Below are positions 19,528 through 29,777 of a DNA stretch of 54,628 bases, piece after piece. Below the pieces are notes generated by a model. That model saw only the letters and a list, made by a program, of their open reading frames with translations. It was not told where the DNA came from and did not search any database. The DNA is from Myxococcota bacterium (GTDB taxonomy: Bacteria; Myxococcota; XYA12-FULL-58-9; JALHOP01), in the NCBI GenBank assembly GCA_041288095.1, contig JBGGMJ010000012.1, positions 1 through 54,628 of the forward strand, read 5' to 3'. Position numbers and translations under genes: made by a program. Position 1 is the stretch's first letter; each line of letters starts with the position of its first letter.

Positions 19528-19588
19528 CGTTCGCCGATGCTATCGCCTTTCCTTACTTACCTCCGAGAGAATTGATAGAAGTCGCGCC

Positions 19589-19933
19589 GTGGCTTGGCTC
19601 ATTCTACTCGTCGCCGGACTCCTCGAGACCACGTGGACCATCGGCCTGAAGTACAGCGCCGGTTTCACCAAGCTCGTGCCGACCCTGATCACGGCATCGT
19701 CCGTTATCGCCAGCATGTGGTTGCTCGGCATCGCGGCCCGCACGCTGCCGATCGGAACCGCCTATTCGGTGTGGGTCGGGATTGGCGCGCTCGGTGCCAC
19801 CATCCTCGGTGCTTCGCTCTTCAACGAGCCCATCTCACCGGCGCGGGGTTTTTTCATCGCGCTGCTGGTGGCGGCGATCATCGGTCTCAAGCTGACCGCG
19901 GTGGACGCTACAGCGGTCACCACGCCCGAGTGA
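19589..19933 (+). CDS. sugE: SMR-family exporter (SugE/Gdx subtype)
   Basis: MAWLILLVAGLLE, IGLKYS, LPIGTAYSVWVGIG, IIGLK. Confidence 0.85.
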   Translation: MAWLILLVAGLLETTWTIGLKYSAGFTKLVPTLITASSVIASMWLLGIAARTLPIGTAYSVWVGIGALGATILGASLFNEPISPARGFFIALLVAAIIGLKLTAVDATAVTTPE

Positions 19934-20014
19934 TCGCACAACGCCCCACTGGGTTCACGTAACCCAGCGTGAATTCAGTGAACGGGTGAACGATCCGTGG
20001 CACCCCTACGAGCG

Positions 20015-23000
20015 ATGGTGATCCGCAGTAACGCCGCGTTCGTTGCTTTCGCGCTCCTTTGTACACTCGCCGCGTGCGGTGAGCAGGAGACGCCTCGAGA
20101 GTCTACGGAGCGCATCGCGCCGTTGGATCCAGAAACACTCCTCGAGCCGCTTTTCAACAACGGTGGCTTCGAGACTGGTAACCTCTCGAGCTGGACCGTA
20201 ACGGCGTATCAGAATCCCGGTCTCGCGGCCGTGCCGCCGACCTCTGTCGCTAACCTCAACCTTCGCGACGCAAGCTCGACACTCAGCGCCGCGATTACCG
20301 CCGTTCAGACCACCATCCCGCTGGTCAGTGCCACTACCTTCCTGGGTGGTACGAGCGCGAAGTACGCGCAGATCGAAAACGAGATCGTCACCTACACCAC
20401 GATCTCCGGCAACACGTTGCAGGGCGTTACGCGCGGTGTCGACAACACGACCGCGGCGGCGCACGTCATCACCACGCCAGTCACCGCCGCGCGCAATGCC
20501 TTCGCGCGGGCAGGCACGACGCAGACGGTTCCGTTCGCCGGTATGCCGGGCATCACCAATCCGGCATATCCGCAGTTCGGTGGCAACTCGGCGGTGATCA
20601 ACGAAGAGCCGTCGGGCAACAACCACAACGTCACGTCGCTGCGTCAGAGCTTCACCAGCACCTTTGCCGACGTCGACCCCGCCGACGGCAAGGTGCACGT
20701 CCGCTGGGCGCTCGCGCCGGCCCTTCAGAACCCCGGCCACCAGCCTTCGGAGCAGCCGTACTTCTACCTCGAGGTTCGCAACACCACGAAGGCCACGGTG
20801 CTGTTCACGGACTTCAACTTCTCGAATCAACCGGGCATCCCGTGGAAGGTCACCGGCACCGGCACCAACGCCATCTCGTACACCGACTGGCAGGTGTACG
20901 ACATCGCGCCCGGTGACACATTCCTCGCGCCGGGCGACACCGTCGAGGTCGAAGTGTACGCCGCCGGATGTTCGCTCGGTGGTCACTGGGGCGAGGTTTA
21001 CGTCGACGGCTTCGGCGCGCAGCTACCCGGCCTGGCGGTGCGCAAGACCGCGCCCCAGTCGGCAAACCTCGACACCGACATCACCTACAGCTTCGTGGTC
21101 AGCAACAACACCGGCGGTCTGCAGCGCAACGTCGTCGTCGATGACATCTTGCCGCGTAACACCACCTTTCAAGCGCTCTCGGCGCCTGGTGGCACGTGCA
21201 GCACTCCCACCGTCGGCACCATCGGCACCGTGACCTGCACGTACGACGCGATCGCCAGCAATGACACGCGCGAGCTCTCGCTCACCGTGCATCAGAACGC
21301 GTTCGCGGTCAGTGGCACCGCGACCGGCGGCAGCGGCACGACGCTCACCACGGGCCAAACGTTCACGCTGAATCAGTGGCGTGGTTACACGCTCTACCTC
21401 ACCGGTGGCCCTGGCATCGGCCAGCAGCGCTTCATCACCGGCAACACGACCGACGGCATCATCAGCGTCGCCACCGGCTCGGGCTCGAGCGCGCTGGCGC
21501 CGGTGCCCACCGCCTCGACGACCTACGGCGTGTTGAACGCGCCCGATGTTCTCAACACCGCCACCGCCGGAGGCGCCAACACCCTCACCGATACTAGCCG
21601 CGCCTGGACGACGAACCAGTTCACCGGCTGGATCGTCGCCATTGTCGCCGGCACCGGCGCCGGGCAGGTGCGAACCATCCTCGCCAACTCGAACAACGCG
21701 CTTACGGTCGCGTCGAACTGGGCGACGAACCCCACCGGTACCAGCGTCTACGCCGTGAGCTTTCCGCTGGGGGTGCTCACCAACGGCAACTACGGTGTCC
21801 TCAGTCAGAACACGCCGCAGCGCCTCGTCGGTCCGCCGGCGAAGACGACGCTGACGACCGGCGTCAACTACACGGACCTCGAGATCACCGTCAGCAACGG
21901 CGCCGCCGCGGTCGCGAGTGGCAGCAACGTCGGCTATACCATCACCGTCCGCAATAACGGTGCGGATACGGTCACCAATGCGATCGTGACCGACAACTTT
22001 CCGGCCGGGTTGACTATCGGTAGCTGGACCTGCGGCAGCACCGACGGGGGCACGTGCGGCACGCCGGCAGGGAGCGGCAACACCATCGCCGGCGTTCTCG
22101 TGACCCTGCCGGCCGGCTCGACCGTCGTCTTCTCCGTGCCCGCGACCGTCATCGCGGCCAACGGCTCGACGATCACGAACACGGCGACCGTCGCGGCGCC
22201 CGCCTCGGCCACGGACTACGACACGTCGAACAACACCTCGACGGACATCGATCAAGTGAACCCGCTCGGCCTCGTGAACCTCACCAAGGTCGTGACCACG
22301 GGCGACGGCGTGGTGACCTCCGCTCCGGCGACGATTGATTGCGGCGTCGGGTGCACCAGCGACAGCGGCAGCTTTGCGCAGGGCCAGACCATCGCGCTCA
22401 CGGCGACGCCTCGTAGCGGCGACGCGTTCGTTGGTTGGTCGGGCGCGTGCACCGGGTCGGCGCTCACCTGCAACGTGCCCGTGACCGCGACGCCCGCCGA
22501 TGTCGCCGCCACCTTCCGCGGCCCCGCTACTGCTGGTAGCTCGGGTGGCAACGGCACGGTCAACTGCGCGCCGAGCCCGACGCCCCAGGGCACGAGCGTC
22601 ACTTGCAGCATCACGCCCACCGCCGGCTTTCAGCTTTCGGCGCTCACCGACAATGGCGGCAACGTCTTCGGCTCGGTGACCGGTAACTTCTTCGACGGCT
22701 TCAGCTACGTCATTACCAACATCGCGCTCGATCATGCGGTGGTCGCTACCTTCGTCGCCGACGTCACGGCGCCGGCCGCGCCCGTCGTGACCGGCCCCGC
22801 GAACAACAGCATCACCAACGACTCGACGCCGACCTACACTGGCACCGCCGAACCGGGCAGCACGGTCACCGTCCGCGTTGGCGGCAGCCCCGTATGCACC
22901 GCGACCGCGAACGGCTCTGGCGCCTGGGCCTGCACGCCGGTGACTCCGCGGGTTGACGGCCCCTACAGCGTCAACGCCACGGCCGAGGACGCGGCCGGTA

Positions 23001-26000
23001 ACGACTCGGTCACCTCCAACACCAACAACTTCACCATCGATACGACGCCGCCGGCCGTGCCGGCCATCGTGGGCCCGACGGAGGGCGCGAGCACGAACGA
23101 CACCACGCCCAATTTCAGCGGCAACGCCGAAGCCGACAGCACCGTAACGGTGCGCGTCGACGGCAACGTCGTGTGCACGACGACCGCCAACGCGGGTGGC
23201 GGGTGGACCTGTGACGCCACATCGCCGCTCCCCGAGGGCGCTCGCACCGCCGTCGCAACCTCGACGGACAGCGCCGGCAACCCGGCCGACTCGCTGCCGC
23301 GCGCCTTTACCGTGGACACCACACCGCCGGCGGCACCGGCGGTCATCGGCCCGGCCGACGAGAGCGCGACCGCCGACTCGACGCCGACCTACAGCGGTAC
23401 CGCCGAGCCCGGCAGCACCGTGACGGTGCGCGTCGACGGCGGCGTTGTCTGCACCGCTACAGCGGACGGAAGCGGCAACTGGAGCTGCACGCCGGTCACG
23501 CCGCTCACGCCCGGTTCGCACTCCGTGAACGCCACGACCACCGATCCGGGCGGCAACCCGTCGGGCACCTCGAATACGAACGACTTCGTCTACGAGGTCA
23601 ACGACGCCCCGGTGAACACGGCGCCGCCGACTTTGAACACCAACGAAGACGTCTTCGCGCCGATCGCCTTGTCGGTCGCCGATCCCGACGCGGGCGCGCT
23701 GCCCGTCGAGGTCACGTTGGTCGCGACGAACGGCACGCTCACCATGGCGGTGACCAGCGGCCTCACCTTCAGCGCCGGCAATGGCGAAGGCGACGCGGTG
23801 TTGCGCTTCCGCGGCAGCGTCGCCGCGGTCAACGGCGCCTTGGCTTCCCTGTCGTTCGCTCCGGCAGCCAACTACAACGGCGCCGCGACCCTCACGATTC
23901 GCACCGATGATCTGGGCAACTTCGGTTCGGGTGCGCCACAGTTCGACACCGACGTCGTCGCCATCACCGTGGCCGCGGTGAACGACGCTCCGACGCTGCT
24001 CGACGACGTGCTCACCGTCCGCAATGACGGAGGGGACGCCACCATTTTCGTGCTCGGTAACGACTCCTCGAGCCCAGACGGTGGCGAGACCCTGACTGTC
24101 GTCGGATTCACGCAGCCGGCGCATGGCAGCGTCGCGCAGGCCGGCGGCACGCTGGTCTACACGCCGGAGCCCGGCTACGTCGGCGCCGACCCCTTCACCT
24201 ATACCGTCGAAGACGGTAGCGGCGGCAGCGCCACAGCGACGGTGCGGCTCACCTCCGTGGCTGGTGGTGTCAATCAAGCGCCGGTCGTCACGCTACCTGT
24301 TGCACCGGCGGCGACCGAAGACACGCCGGTGGCGCTCACCTCCGCGATTCAGGTGAGCGATGCCGACGCGGGCACCGCGACCATCGAGCTGCGCATCGCC
24401 GTCGACCACGGCACCTTCTCGCTGGCGACGCTCGCTGGTGTGACGTTCATCCAGGGTGACGGTACCGGCGATGCGTTCATGGTCGTTCGCGGGACCATCG
24501 CCGATCTCAACGCGGCGCTCGACGGTGCTACCGTGACACCTGACGCCGACTACTTCGGCCCGGTGAGCGTCAATGTGCTGGCGAACGACCAGGGCAATAC
24601 TGGCAGCGGCGGCGCGACGTACGACTCCGAGACCTTGGTCATCGACTTCGCGGAAGCGAACGACGCACCGACGGCGGCCGATGACGCGGCGGCGGCGACG
24701 CAGAACGGCGCGGCCGTGCTCCTCTCGGTGCTCGCCAATGACACCGTTGCTCCCGACAGAGGCGAGGCGCTCACCATCACCGCGGTTGGCGCCGCCGCGA
24801 ACGGCACCGTGCTGATCGTCGGCTCGCAGGTCAGCTACACCCCGGCTCCTGGGTTCGCTGGAGCGGACAGCTTCACGTACACGGTGGGCGACGGCAACGG
24901 CGGCACCGACACCGCGACGGTGACCGTCAACGTCGTCGCTTCAGGCGTCAACGCGGGCCCGGTGAATCGTGTGCCGGCGGCGCAAACGGTGCTCGAAGAC
25001 ACGCCGCTGGTCTTCGGCGCGGAGGCCTCGAACAGCATCACCGTCGAGGATCCGGACGCGGGCGGCGGCGACCTGCGAATCACCATCACGGCGACCAACG
25101 GCGTGCTCACGGCGAGCGGCGTCGGCACCGTGACGGTGCTGGACAACGGCACCGCGACCATCATCATCGAGGGCGCCGCGGCCGACGTGCAAGCGACGCT
25201 CGCGACCTTGGTGTTCACGCCGAGCACCAACTACAACGGCCCGGCGACGGTGACCGTGCAGACCGACGACCTCGGTAACAGCGGCACTGGCGGTGGCCAG
25301 ATCGACACCGACGTCATCGACATCACGGTGCTCGCGGTCAACGACCCACCGCTCGCGATCGCGGACGTAGCTTCGACGCCGCATGACGAGGCGGTCACCA
25401 TCGATGTCCTCGCCAACGACTCCGTGGCAGCGGACCCGGGTGACCAGCTCCTCCTGGTGTCGGTCGGTGCTCCGGCGCACGGCGCCGCGGTCATCGTCGA
25501 CGGCCGCGTGGTCTACGCACCGGTGCCGGGTTACTTCGGGCCGGATGCGTTCACCTATGTCGTCAGCGACGGCCAGGGAGGTTACTCGACCGGCAGCATC
25601 GCCATCACGGTGCTCTCCGAGGACGAGCTCGACGACGACGGGGATGGGCTGCCGAACGGGGAAGAGGACGACAACGGCACCGACCGCAACGATCCCGACA
25701 GCGACGACGACGGACTGCCCGACGGCACCGAGGTCGATGGCGGCACCGATCCGCTGGACGGGGACACCGACGATGACGGTATTCCCGACGGCGTCGAGGA
25801 TACCGACCACGACGGTGAAGTGGATCCGGGCGAGACCGACCCGCGCAATCAAGACACCGACGGCGGCGGCGTGCCGGACGGCGAGGAGGACCCCAACCAC
25901 AACGGCGTGGTCGATCCCGGTGAGACCGATCCCAACAACCCCGGTGACGACGACGTGGGTGACGACGACGGCGACGGCATCCCTGACCGCATCGAAGATC

Positions 26001-28018
26001 AAAACGGCACCGACCCCAACGACGCCGACACCGACAACGACGGTCTGCCGGACGGCGTCGAAGATCCAGACCACGACGGTGTGGTCGATCCGGGCGAGAC
26101 CGATCCCCGCGATGCCGACAGCGATGATGGCGGCGTCGACGACGGCACCGAAGTCGCGCAAGGCACCGACCCGAGCGACCCCAGCGACGACCAGCGTTAT
26201 CGCCTCGAGGGTGGCGGCATTTCCTGCGCGAGCACCGCTTCCGCGGACGGTTGGATGACCGTGGCGCTGATCGCGGGTCTCTGGCTCGCGCGCCGGCGCA
26301 AGGCGATGGCTGCCCTCGCGCTGATCATGTTTTTGCCGGCGCTCGGTTTCGCGCAGAACCGTGGGTTCACCATCAACCGCTACGAACCGACGCCGGCCGG
26401 CGAGTGGTCTTTCATGGTGGACCACCCCTGGTACTCGTCGACGCGTCTGCTGGCGGCTGGGCTCACGCTCAACTACGCGCACGACCCGCTCGTCTACGGC
26501 CTCGCCAACCCGGCGGGCGACGACGTCGACGAGTTCCGCCACGTCATCGAGCACCAGCTCATCGTGCACGCCGACTTTGCTTTGTCGTTCGCCGACCGAC
26601 TGACGGTGAGCGCGAGCTTGCCGGCCGTGCTGATGGAGGAGGGTGACAACGCCGACGGCACAGGCCCGCTCGCGGGCGCGGCCATCGGTGACCCACGCCT
26701 CGGCGCCATGGTGCGCCTCTACAATCATCCAGACCGGGATGCGTTCTCGCTGTCCGCTGGAGCGTTGGTGTGGATCCCGCTCGACCAGGGGAAGAACGTC
26801 GGCGACACCAGCGTCCGCTTCATGCCGAAGGTCGTGCTCGCCGGCTTCAAGCACCACATCTGGTGGTCGGTCGTCGGTGCCTTCCAGTATCGCCCCGAGG
26901 CCACCATTGGTGACCGCGACCCGTACCCCGGCAACACGGTGGGCTCGGAGCTCTCGGTCGGCGCCGCGATCTACTACGCCGATCTCGACAAGCGTTTTGC
27001 CGTCGGTCCCGAGGCCACGGTCGCGTCTGTCCTCAATGACGGACACTTCTTCGAGCAGCGCTTCACTAGCGTCGAGGCCTTGATCGGTGGCCACTACAAC
27101 ATCGCCCGTTTGGTAAACCTCGGCGCCGCCGTCGGTACCGGTATCGCGCGCGAGCCCGGTACGCCCGACCTGCGCGTCCTGCTGCGTCTCGCGTTCGCGC
27201 CCATGCCCGAGAAGAAGGCACCGCCGCCCCCGCCGCCCCCGTCCGACCGCGATCAAGACGGTCTCATCGATGTCGACGACAAGTGTCCCGACGAGCACAA
27301 AGGTGAGCGCCCCGATCCCGACAAGGTGGGCTGCCCCGAGCGCGACAAGGACGGCGACGGATTTTACGACCGCGTCGATCAATGCGTCGACGTTGTACCG
27401 GGTCCGCATCCGCACAAGGACAAGGCCGGCTGCCCTGACACGGACAGCGACGGTGACTTGGTGTTCGATTCGTTCGACGTCTGCCCGAGCGAACCGAAGG
27501 GCCGCCAACCTGACCCGACACGCGAGGGTTGCCCGCTGCCGGACCGCGACATGGATCAAATCGTCGACGCCGTCGACGCGTGCCCCGATCAACCGGGCGC
27601 GCCCGATCCGGATCCCAAGAAGAACGGCTGCCCGGGCCTCGTGCAGATCAAGAACGACCAGATCGTCATCACCCAGCCCATCTTCTTCCAGACGGGCAAG
27701 GACAAGATCCTCTCGAAGAGCTACCCGGTCCTACAGGCGGTCGTGAACGCGATGGTGTTGCACCCCGACATCAAGCGCATCTCGGTCGAGGGTCACACGG
27801 ACAACAAGGGCAAGCCCGACAAGAACCAGGATCTCTCGGAGCGGCGCGCCAAGGCCGCGATGAAGTGGCTCATCGACCACGGCATCGCTGCCGAGCGCCT
27901 CGAGTCGCACGGGTTCGGCCAGGACAAGCCGATCGCCGACAACGCGACCGAGGATGGCCGCTCCGCGAACCGGCGCGTCGAGTTCCGCATCATCGAGGAG
28001 CCCGCGACGGCGCCTTAG
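20015..28018 (+). CDS. Giant adhesin-like lipoprotein (AgmC-like): DUF11, Ig-like, cadherin-like and Asp-rich repeats, internal MYXO-CTERM, beta-barrel, TSP3, OmpA
   Basis: LAAC lipobox; DxTxPAxP Ig repeats; VNDAP repeats; DxDxDG repeats; GGGISC..TM..RRRK; EGHTD...NRRVEF OmpA motifs. Confidence 0.9.
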   Translation: MVIRSNAAFVAFALLCTLAACGEQETPRESTERIAPLDPETLLEPLFNNGGFETGNLSSWTVTAYQNPGLAAVPPTSVANLNLRDASSTLSAAITAVQTTIPLVSATTFLGGTSAKYAQIENEIVTYTTISGNTLQGVTRGVDNTTAAAHVITTPVTAARNAFARAGTTQTVPFAGMPGITNPAYPQFGGNSAVINEEPSGNNHNVTSLRQSFTSTFADVDPADGKVHVRWALAPALQNPGHQPSEQPYFYLEVRNTTKATVLFTDFNFSNQPGIPWKVTGTGTNAISYTDWQVYDIAPGDTFLAPGDTVEVEVYAAGCSLGGHWGEVYVDGFGAQLPGLAVRKTAPQSANLDTDITYSFVVSNNTGGLQRNVVVDDILPRNTTFQALSAPGGTCSTPTVGTIGTVTCTYDAIASNDTRELSLTVHQNAFAVSGTATGGSGTTLTTGQTFTLNQWRGYTLYLTGGPGIGQQRFITGNTTDGIISVATGSGSSALAPVPTASTTYGVLNAPDVLNTATAGGANTLTDTSRAWTTNQFTGWIVAIVAGTGAGQVRTILANSNNALTVASNWATNPTGTSVYAVSFPLGVLTNGNYGVLSQNTPQRLVGPPAKTTLTTGVNYTDLEITVSNGAAAVASGSNVGYTITVRNNGADTVTNAIVTDNFPAGLTIGSWTCGSTDGGTCGTPAGSGNTIAGVLVTLPAGSTVVFSVPATVIAANGSTITNTATVAAPASATDYDTSNNTSTDIDQVNPLGLVNLTKVVTTGDGVVTSAPATIDCGVGCTSDSGSFAQGQTIALTATPRSGDAFVGWSGACTGSALTCNVPVTATPADVAATFRGPATAGSSGGNGTVNCAPSPTPQGTSVTCSITPTAGFQLSALTDNGGNVFGSVTGNFFDGFSYVITNIALDHAVVATFVADVTAPAAPVVTGPANNSITNDSTPTYTGTAEPGSTVTVRVGGSPVCTATANGSGAWACTPVTPRVDGPYSVNATAEDAAGNDSVTSNTNNFTIDTTPPAVPAIVGPTEGASTNDTTPNFSGNAEADSTVTVRVDGNVVCTTTANAGGGWTCDATSPLPEGARTAVATSTDSAGNPADSLPRAFTVDTTPPAAPAVIGPADESATADSTPTYSGTAEPGSTVTVRVDGGVVCTATADGSGNWSCTPVTPLTPGSHSVNATTTDPGGNPSGTSNTNDFVYEVNDAPVNTAPPTLNTNEDVFAPIALSVADPDAGALPVEVTLVATNGTLTMAVTSGLTFSAGNGEGDAVLRFRGSVAAVNGALASLSFAPAANYNGAATLTIRTDDLGNFGSGAPQFDTDVVAITVAAVNDAPTLLDDVLTVRNDGGDATIFVLGNDSSSPDGGETLTVVGFTQPAHGSVAQAGGTLVYTPEPGYVGADPFTYTVEDGSGGSATATVRLTSVAGGVNQAPVVTLPVAPAATEDTPVALTSAIQVSDADAGTATIELRIAVDHGTFSLATLAGVTFIQGDGTGDAFMVVRGTIADLNAALDGATVTPDADYFGPVSVNVLANDQGNTGSGGATYDSETLVIDFAEANDAPTAADDAAAATQNGAAVLLSVLANDTVAPDRGEALTITAVGAAANGTVLIVGSQVSYTPAPGFAGADSFTYTVGDGNGGTDTATVTVNVVASGVNAGPVNRVPAAQTVLEDTPLVFGAEASNSITVEDPDAGGGDLRITITATNGVLTASGVGTVTVLDNGTATIIIEGAAADVQATLATLVFTPSTNYNGPATVTVQTDDLGNSGTGGGQIDTDVIDITVLAVNDPPLAIADVASTPHDEAVTIDVLANDSVAADPGDQLLLVSVGAPAHGAAVIVDGRVVYAPVPGYFGPDAFTYVVSDGQGGYSTGSIAITVLSEDELDDDGDGLPNGEEDDNGTDRNDPDSDDDGLPDGTEVDGGTDPLDGDTDDDGIPDGVEDTDHDGEVDPGETDPRNQDTDGGGVPDGEEDPNHNGVVDPGETDPNNPGDDDVGDDDGDGIPDRIEDQNGTDPNDADTDNDGLPDGVEDPDHDGVVDPGETDPRDADSDDGGVDDGTEVAQGTDPSDPSDDQRYRLEGGGISCASTASADGWMTVALIAGLWLARRRKAMAALALIMFLPALGFAQNRGFTINRYEPTPAGEWSFMVDHPWYSSTRLLAAGLTLNYAHDPLVYGLANPAGDDVDEFRHVIEHQLIVHADFALSFADRLTVSASLPAVLMEEGDNADGTGPLAGAAIGDPRLGAMVRLYNHPDRDAFSLSAGALVWIPLDQGKNVGDTSVRFMPKVVLAGFKHHIWWSVVGAFQYRPEATIGDRDPYPGNTVGSELSVGAAIYYADLDKRFAVGPEATVASVLNDGHFFEQRFTSVEALIGGHYNIARLVNLGAAVGTGIAREPGTPDLRVLLRLAFAPMPEKKAPPPPPPPSDRDQDGLIDVDDKCPDEHKGERPDPDKVGCPERDKDGDGFYDRVDQCVDVVPGPHPHKDKAGCPDTDSDGDLVFDSFDVCPSEPKGRQPDPTREGCPLPDRDMDQIVDAVDACPDQPGAPDPDPKKNGCPGLVQIKNDQIVITQPIFFQTGKDKILSKSYPVLQAVVNAMVLHPDIKRISVEGHTDNKGKPDKNQDLSERRAKAAMKWLIDHGIAAERLESHGFGQDKPIADNATEDGRSANRRVEFRIIEEPATAP

Positions 28019-28034
28019 TGCGCCGCACGCTCGC

Positions 28035-28649
28035 CTAGCCGACGACGGCCGGCGTCGAAGGCGCGTCGAGATCGATGTTCACCAGCTGCGCCAAGGCTTC
28101 GACGCTCTTGATGCGGACACCATCGACGCTACGAATGACATTGTTAGCTTGGCGACCGACGCACGACGGCCCGTAGTAAACGACGCCGTTGTTGACGAGG
28201 GTGCTGAGGACCATGGGCGCCGGCAATAACGAAGAGCCAAAGCGGGCGCCATTCTCCGTCGTGCCCACGAAGTGCACGCCGTCGGCGGCAAGCTTACGGA
28301 CTCCCTCCGCGATCGCCTCGCGTGTTGCCACGGAGAGCGCCGGGGCAGGCAGGGACGCGGCCCGTTTGCGATAGCCGAGAGCTACGGTCGCCAGCTGCAC
28401 CGCCGCGGTCACGCCGGCGACGACCAGCGCCAACCCGGGGTTGCTCGTGGCGACGAGGCCGCCCATCGTGGCCAGCCCGGTCAACGAAATGCCCACGTGA
28501 GTCCAGGGGGCGTTGCCCGCGGGAAACACAGCCACCGCGGATTGCGGCACCAGCGCGGGCAGATTGGCCGCGGCTGGCGGCGAGGCGACCGGATTGACTT
28601 GCGCTGGGGTCAGGTGGCTGGAGATCGTTGGTCGGTCGACGGTGTTCAA
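28035..28649 (-). CDS. Hypothetical protein with Pro/Ala-rich N-terminus and TM hairpin
   Basis: 204-aa ORF filling an intergenic gap; two hydrophobic segments; start uncertain. Confidence 0.55.
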   Translation of the reverse strand: MNTVDRPTISSHLTPAQVNPVASPPAAANLPALVPQSAVAVFPAGNAPWTHVGISLTGLATMGGLVATSNPGLALVVAGVTAAVQLATVALGYRKRAASLPAPALSVATREAIAEGVRKLAADGVHFVGTTENGARFGSSLLPAPMVLSTLVNNGVVYYGPSCVGRQANNVIRSVDGVRIKSVEALAQLVNIDLDAPSTPAVVG

Positions 28650-28678
28650 GACATGTCCCCTGACGCGTTAGACGGCCA

Positions 28679-28924
28679 CTAGTCGTCGAGGGATATCGTC
28701 CGTGGTGGTGCTGGGTTGCGCGATTGTTGTTCCGCCGTTGGCACTGGCGGAGCGGGTCGATGGCTGGCCGCTCGGCGCCGCCACCGAGCGCTCGTCGAGA
28801 GGCCGAGCGCCACGAGAAACGTCCCAAGGCCGGCCAAGAAGAGGTCGGGGTCCCCGTGCGGTGTGGACCCGTACTCATAAAGGAGCGCGGCGGCTACCAG
28901 GGCGAGGAAAGACGCGATCCGCAT
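28679..28924 (-). CDS. Small membrane protein (2 TM)
   Basis: MRIASFLALVAAALL...LFLAGLGTFLVALGL; divergent from the carbonic anhydrase gene. Confidence 0.5.
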   Translation of the reverse strand: MRIASFLALVAAALLYEYGSTPHGDPDLFLAGLGTFLVALGLSTSARWRRRAASHRPAPPVPTAEQQSRNPAPPRTISLDD

Positions 28925-28959
28925 ACGCAGCGCACGTTCACGGAGCGTGCCGAGCGCGG

Positions 28960-28977
28960 TGTCGGCTATTGCAGACA
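28960..28977. promoter_or_regulatory. GlrR-type activator site TGTC-N10-GACA
   Basis: TGTCGGCTATTGCAGACA. Confidence 0.7.
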
Positions 28978-28985
28978 CTCGCCGA

Positions 28986-29001
28986 TGGCACCGCCGTTGC
29001 T
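28986..29001 (+). promoter_or_regulatory. Sigma54 (-24/-12) promoter of the carbonic anhydrase gene
   Basis: TGGCAC-CGCCG-TTGCT. Confidence 0.8.
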
Positions 29002-29013
29002 ACGCGGGGTGTC

Positions 29014-29640
29014 ATGAAACACTACAAGAAGTTGCTCGAGAACAACGCTGCGTGGGCCAAGTCGATGGTGGAGCAGGACCCCGCGTTCTTCGCCAAGCGC
29101 GAGCAAGCGCAAGCGCCGCACTATTTGATTGTTGGTTGCTCGGATAGCCGCGTGCCGCTCGAGGTGCTGACCCAAGCGCTGCCCGGCGAGATGTTCGTGC
29201 ATCGCAACATCGGCAATCAGGTCTGGGCCAATGATCTGAACGCGCAGTCCGTCGTGCAATTCGCCGTCGGCGTGCTCGAAGTCGAGCACGTCATCGTGTG
29301 CGGGCACTCGAACTGCGGCGCCTTGAAGGCAGCGAGCGCCAGCACCTCGCACGGCATGCTCGACTACTGGCTGTCGGACATTCGCGACACCATTCACTGG
29401 AACAAGGAGCGACTCGACACGCACGCGAGGCCCGAGGAGCGCTTGCACGAGCTTTCACGCTTGAACGTACTCCAGCAGGTGCGCCATCTCACGCGCGCGC
29501 CCGTCGTTCAGGCCTCCTGGGAGCGCGGTCGCCGGCCCATCTTGAGTGGCTGGATCTACGACATCGGCACCGGGCTCATCGAGCGCGTGGTCGAAGGCAT
29601 CGACGGTCAGGACAAGACGGAGTCGCTCTGGCGCTCGTGA
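29014..29640 (+). CDS. can: Beta-class carbonic anhydrase
   Basis: GCSDSRVP, FVHRNIGN, CGHSNCG. Confidence 0.93.
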   Translation: MKHYKKLLENNAAWAKSMVEQDPAFFAKREQAQAPHYLIVGCSDSRVPLEVLTQALPGEMFVHRNIGNQVWANDLNAQSVVQFAVGVLEVEHVIVCGHSNCGALKAASASTSHGMLDYWLSDIRDTIHWNKERLDTHARPEERLHELSRLNVLQQVRHLTRAPVVQASWERGRRPILSGWIYDIGTGLIERVVEGIDGQDKTESLWRS

Positions 29641-29645
29641 TTCGC

Positions 29646-29708
29646 TGTCGGCGATGACAGACACCCCAGGTGTCGTTACTCGCCAACGCCTGACGGCAAA
29701 TCCAGACA
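29646..29708. promoter_or_regulatory. Cluster of GlrR-type sites
   Basis: TGTCGGCGATGACAGACA (29646-29663), TGTCGTTACTCGCCAACG (29671-29688, degenerate), TGACGGCAAATCCAGACA (29691-29708). Confidence 0.7.
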
Positions 29709-29748
29709 CTCGTTGTGCCCGCGTGCCGCTTAACGAGCATCCTCCTGA

Positions 29749-29764
29749 TGGCACCGGCATTGCT
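29749..29764 (+). promoter_or_regulatory. Sigma54 (-24/-12) promoter of the SulP gene
   Basis: TGGCAC-CGGCA-TTGCT. Confidence 0.8.
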
Positions 29765-29777
29765 ACCGCACGCAGTC

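Noticed and set aside
19528-19588. Guanidine riboswitch upstream of sugE/gdx
   Set aside because: The intergenic gap is only about 60 bp, lacks paired ACGR-loop hairpins or other recognisable aptamer features, and the gene looks leaderless
19949-19967. Intrinsic terminator after the SMR gene
   Set aside because: 7-bp hairpin CTGGGTT/AACCCAG without a U-tract; not enough support
25620-26195. DNA-level tandem repeat element
   Set aside because: Explained by protein-coding Asp-rich DxDxDG repeats within the adhesin
21023-27592. Long antisense ORFs (1084 aa and 883 aa) and similar shadow ORFs across the window
   Set aside because: Expected mirror frames of high-GC3 genes; no recognisable motifs
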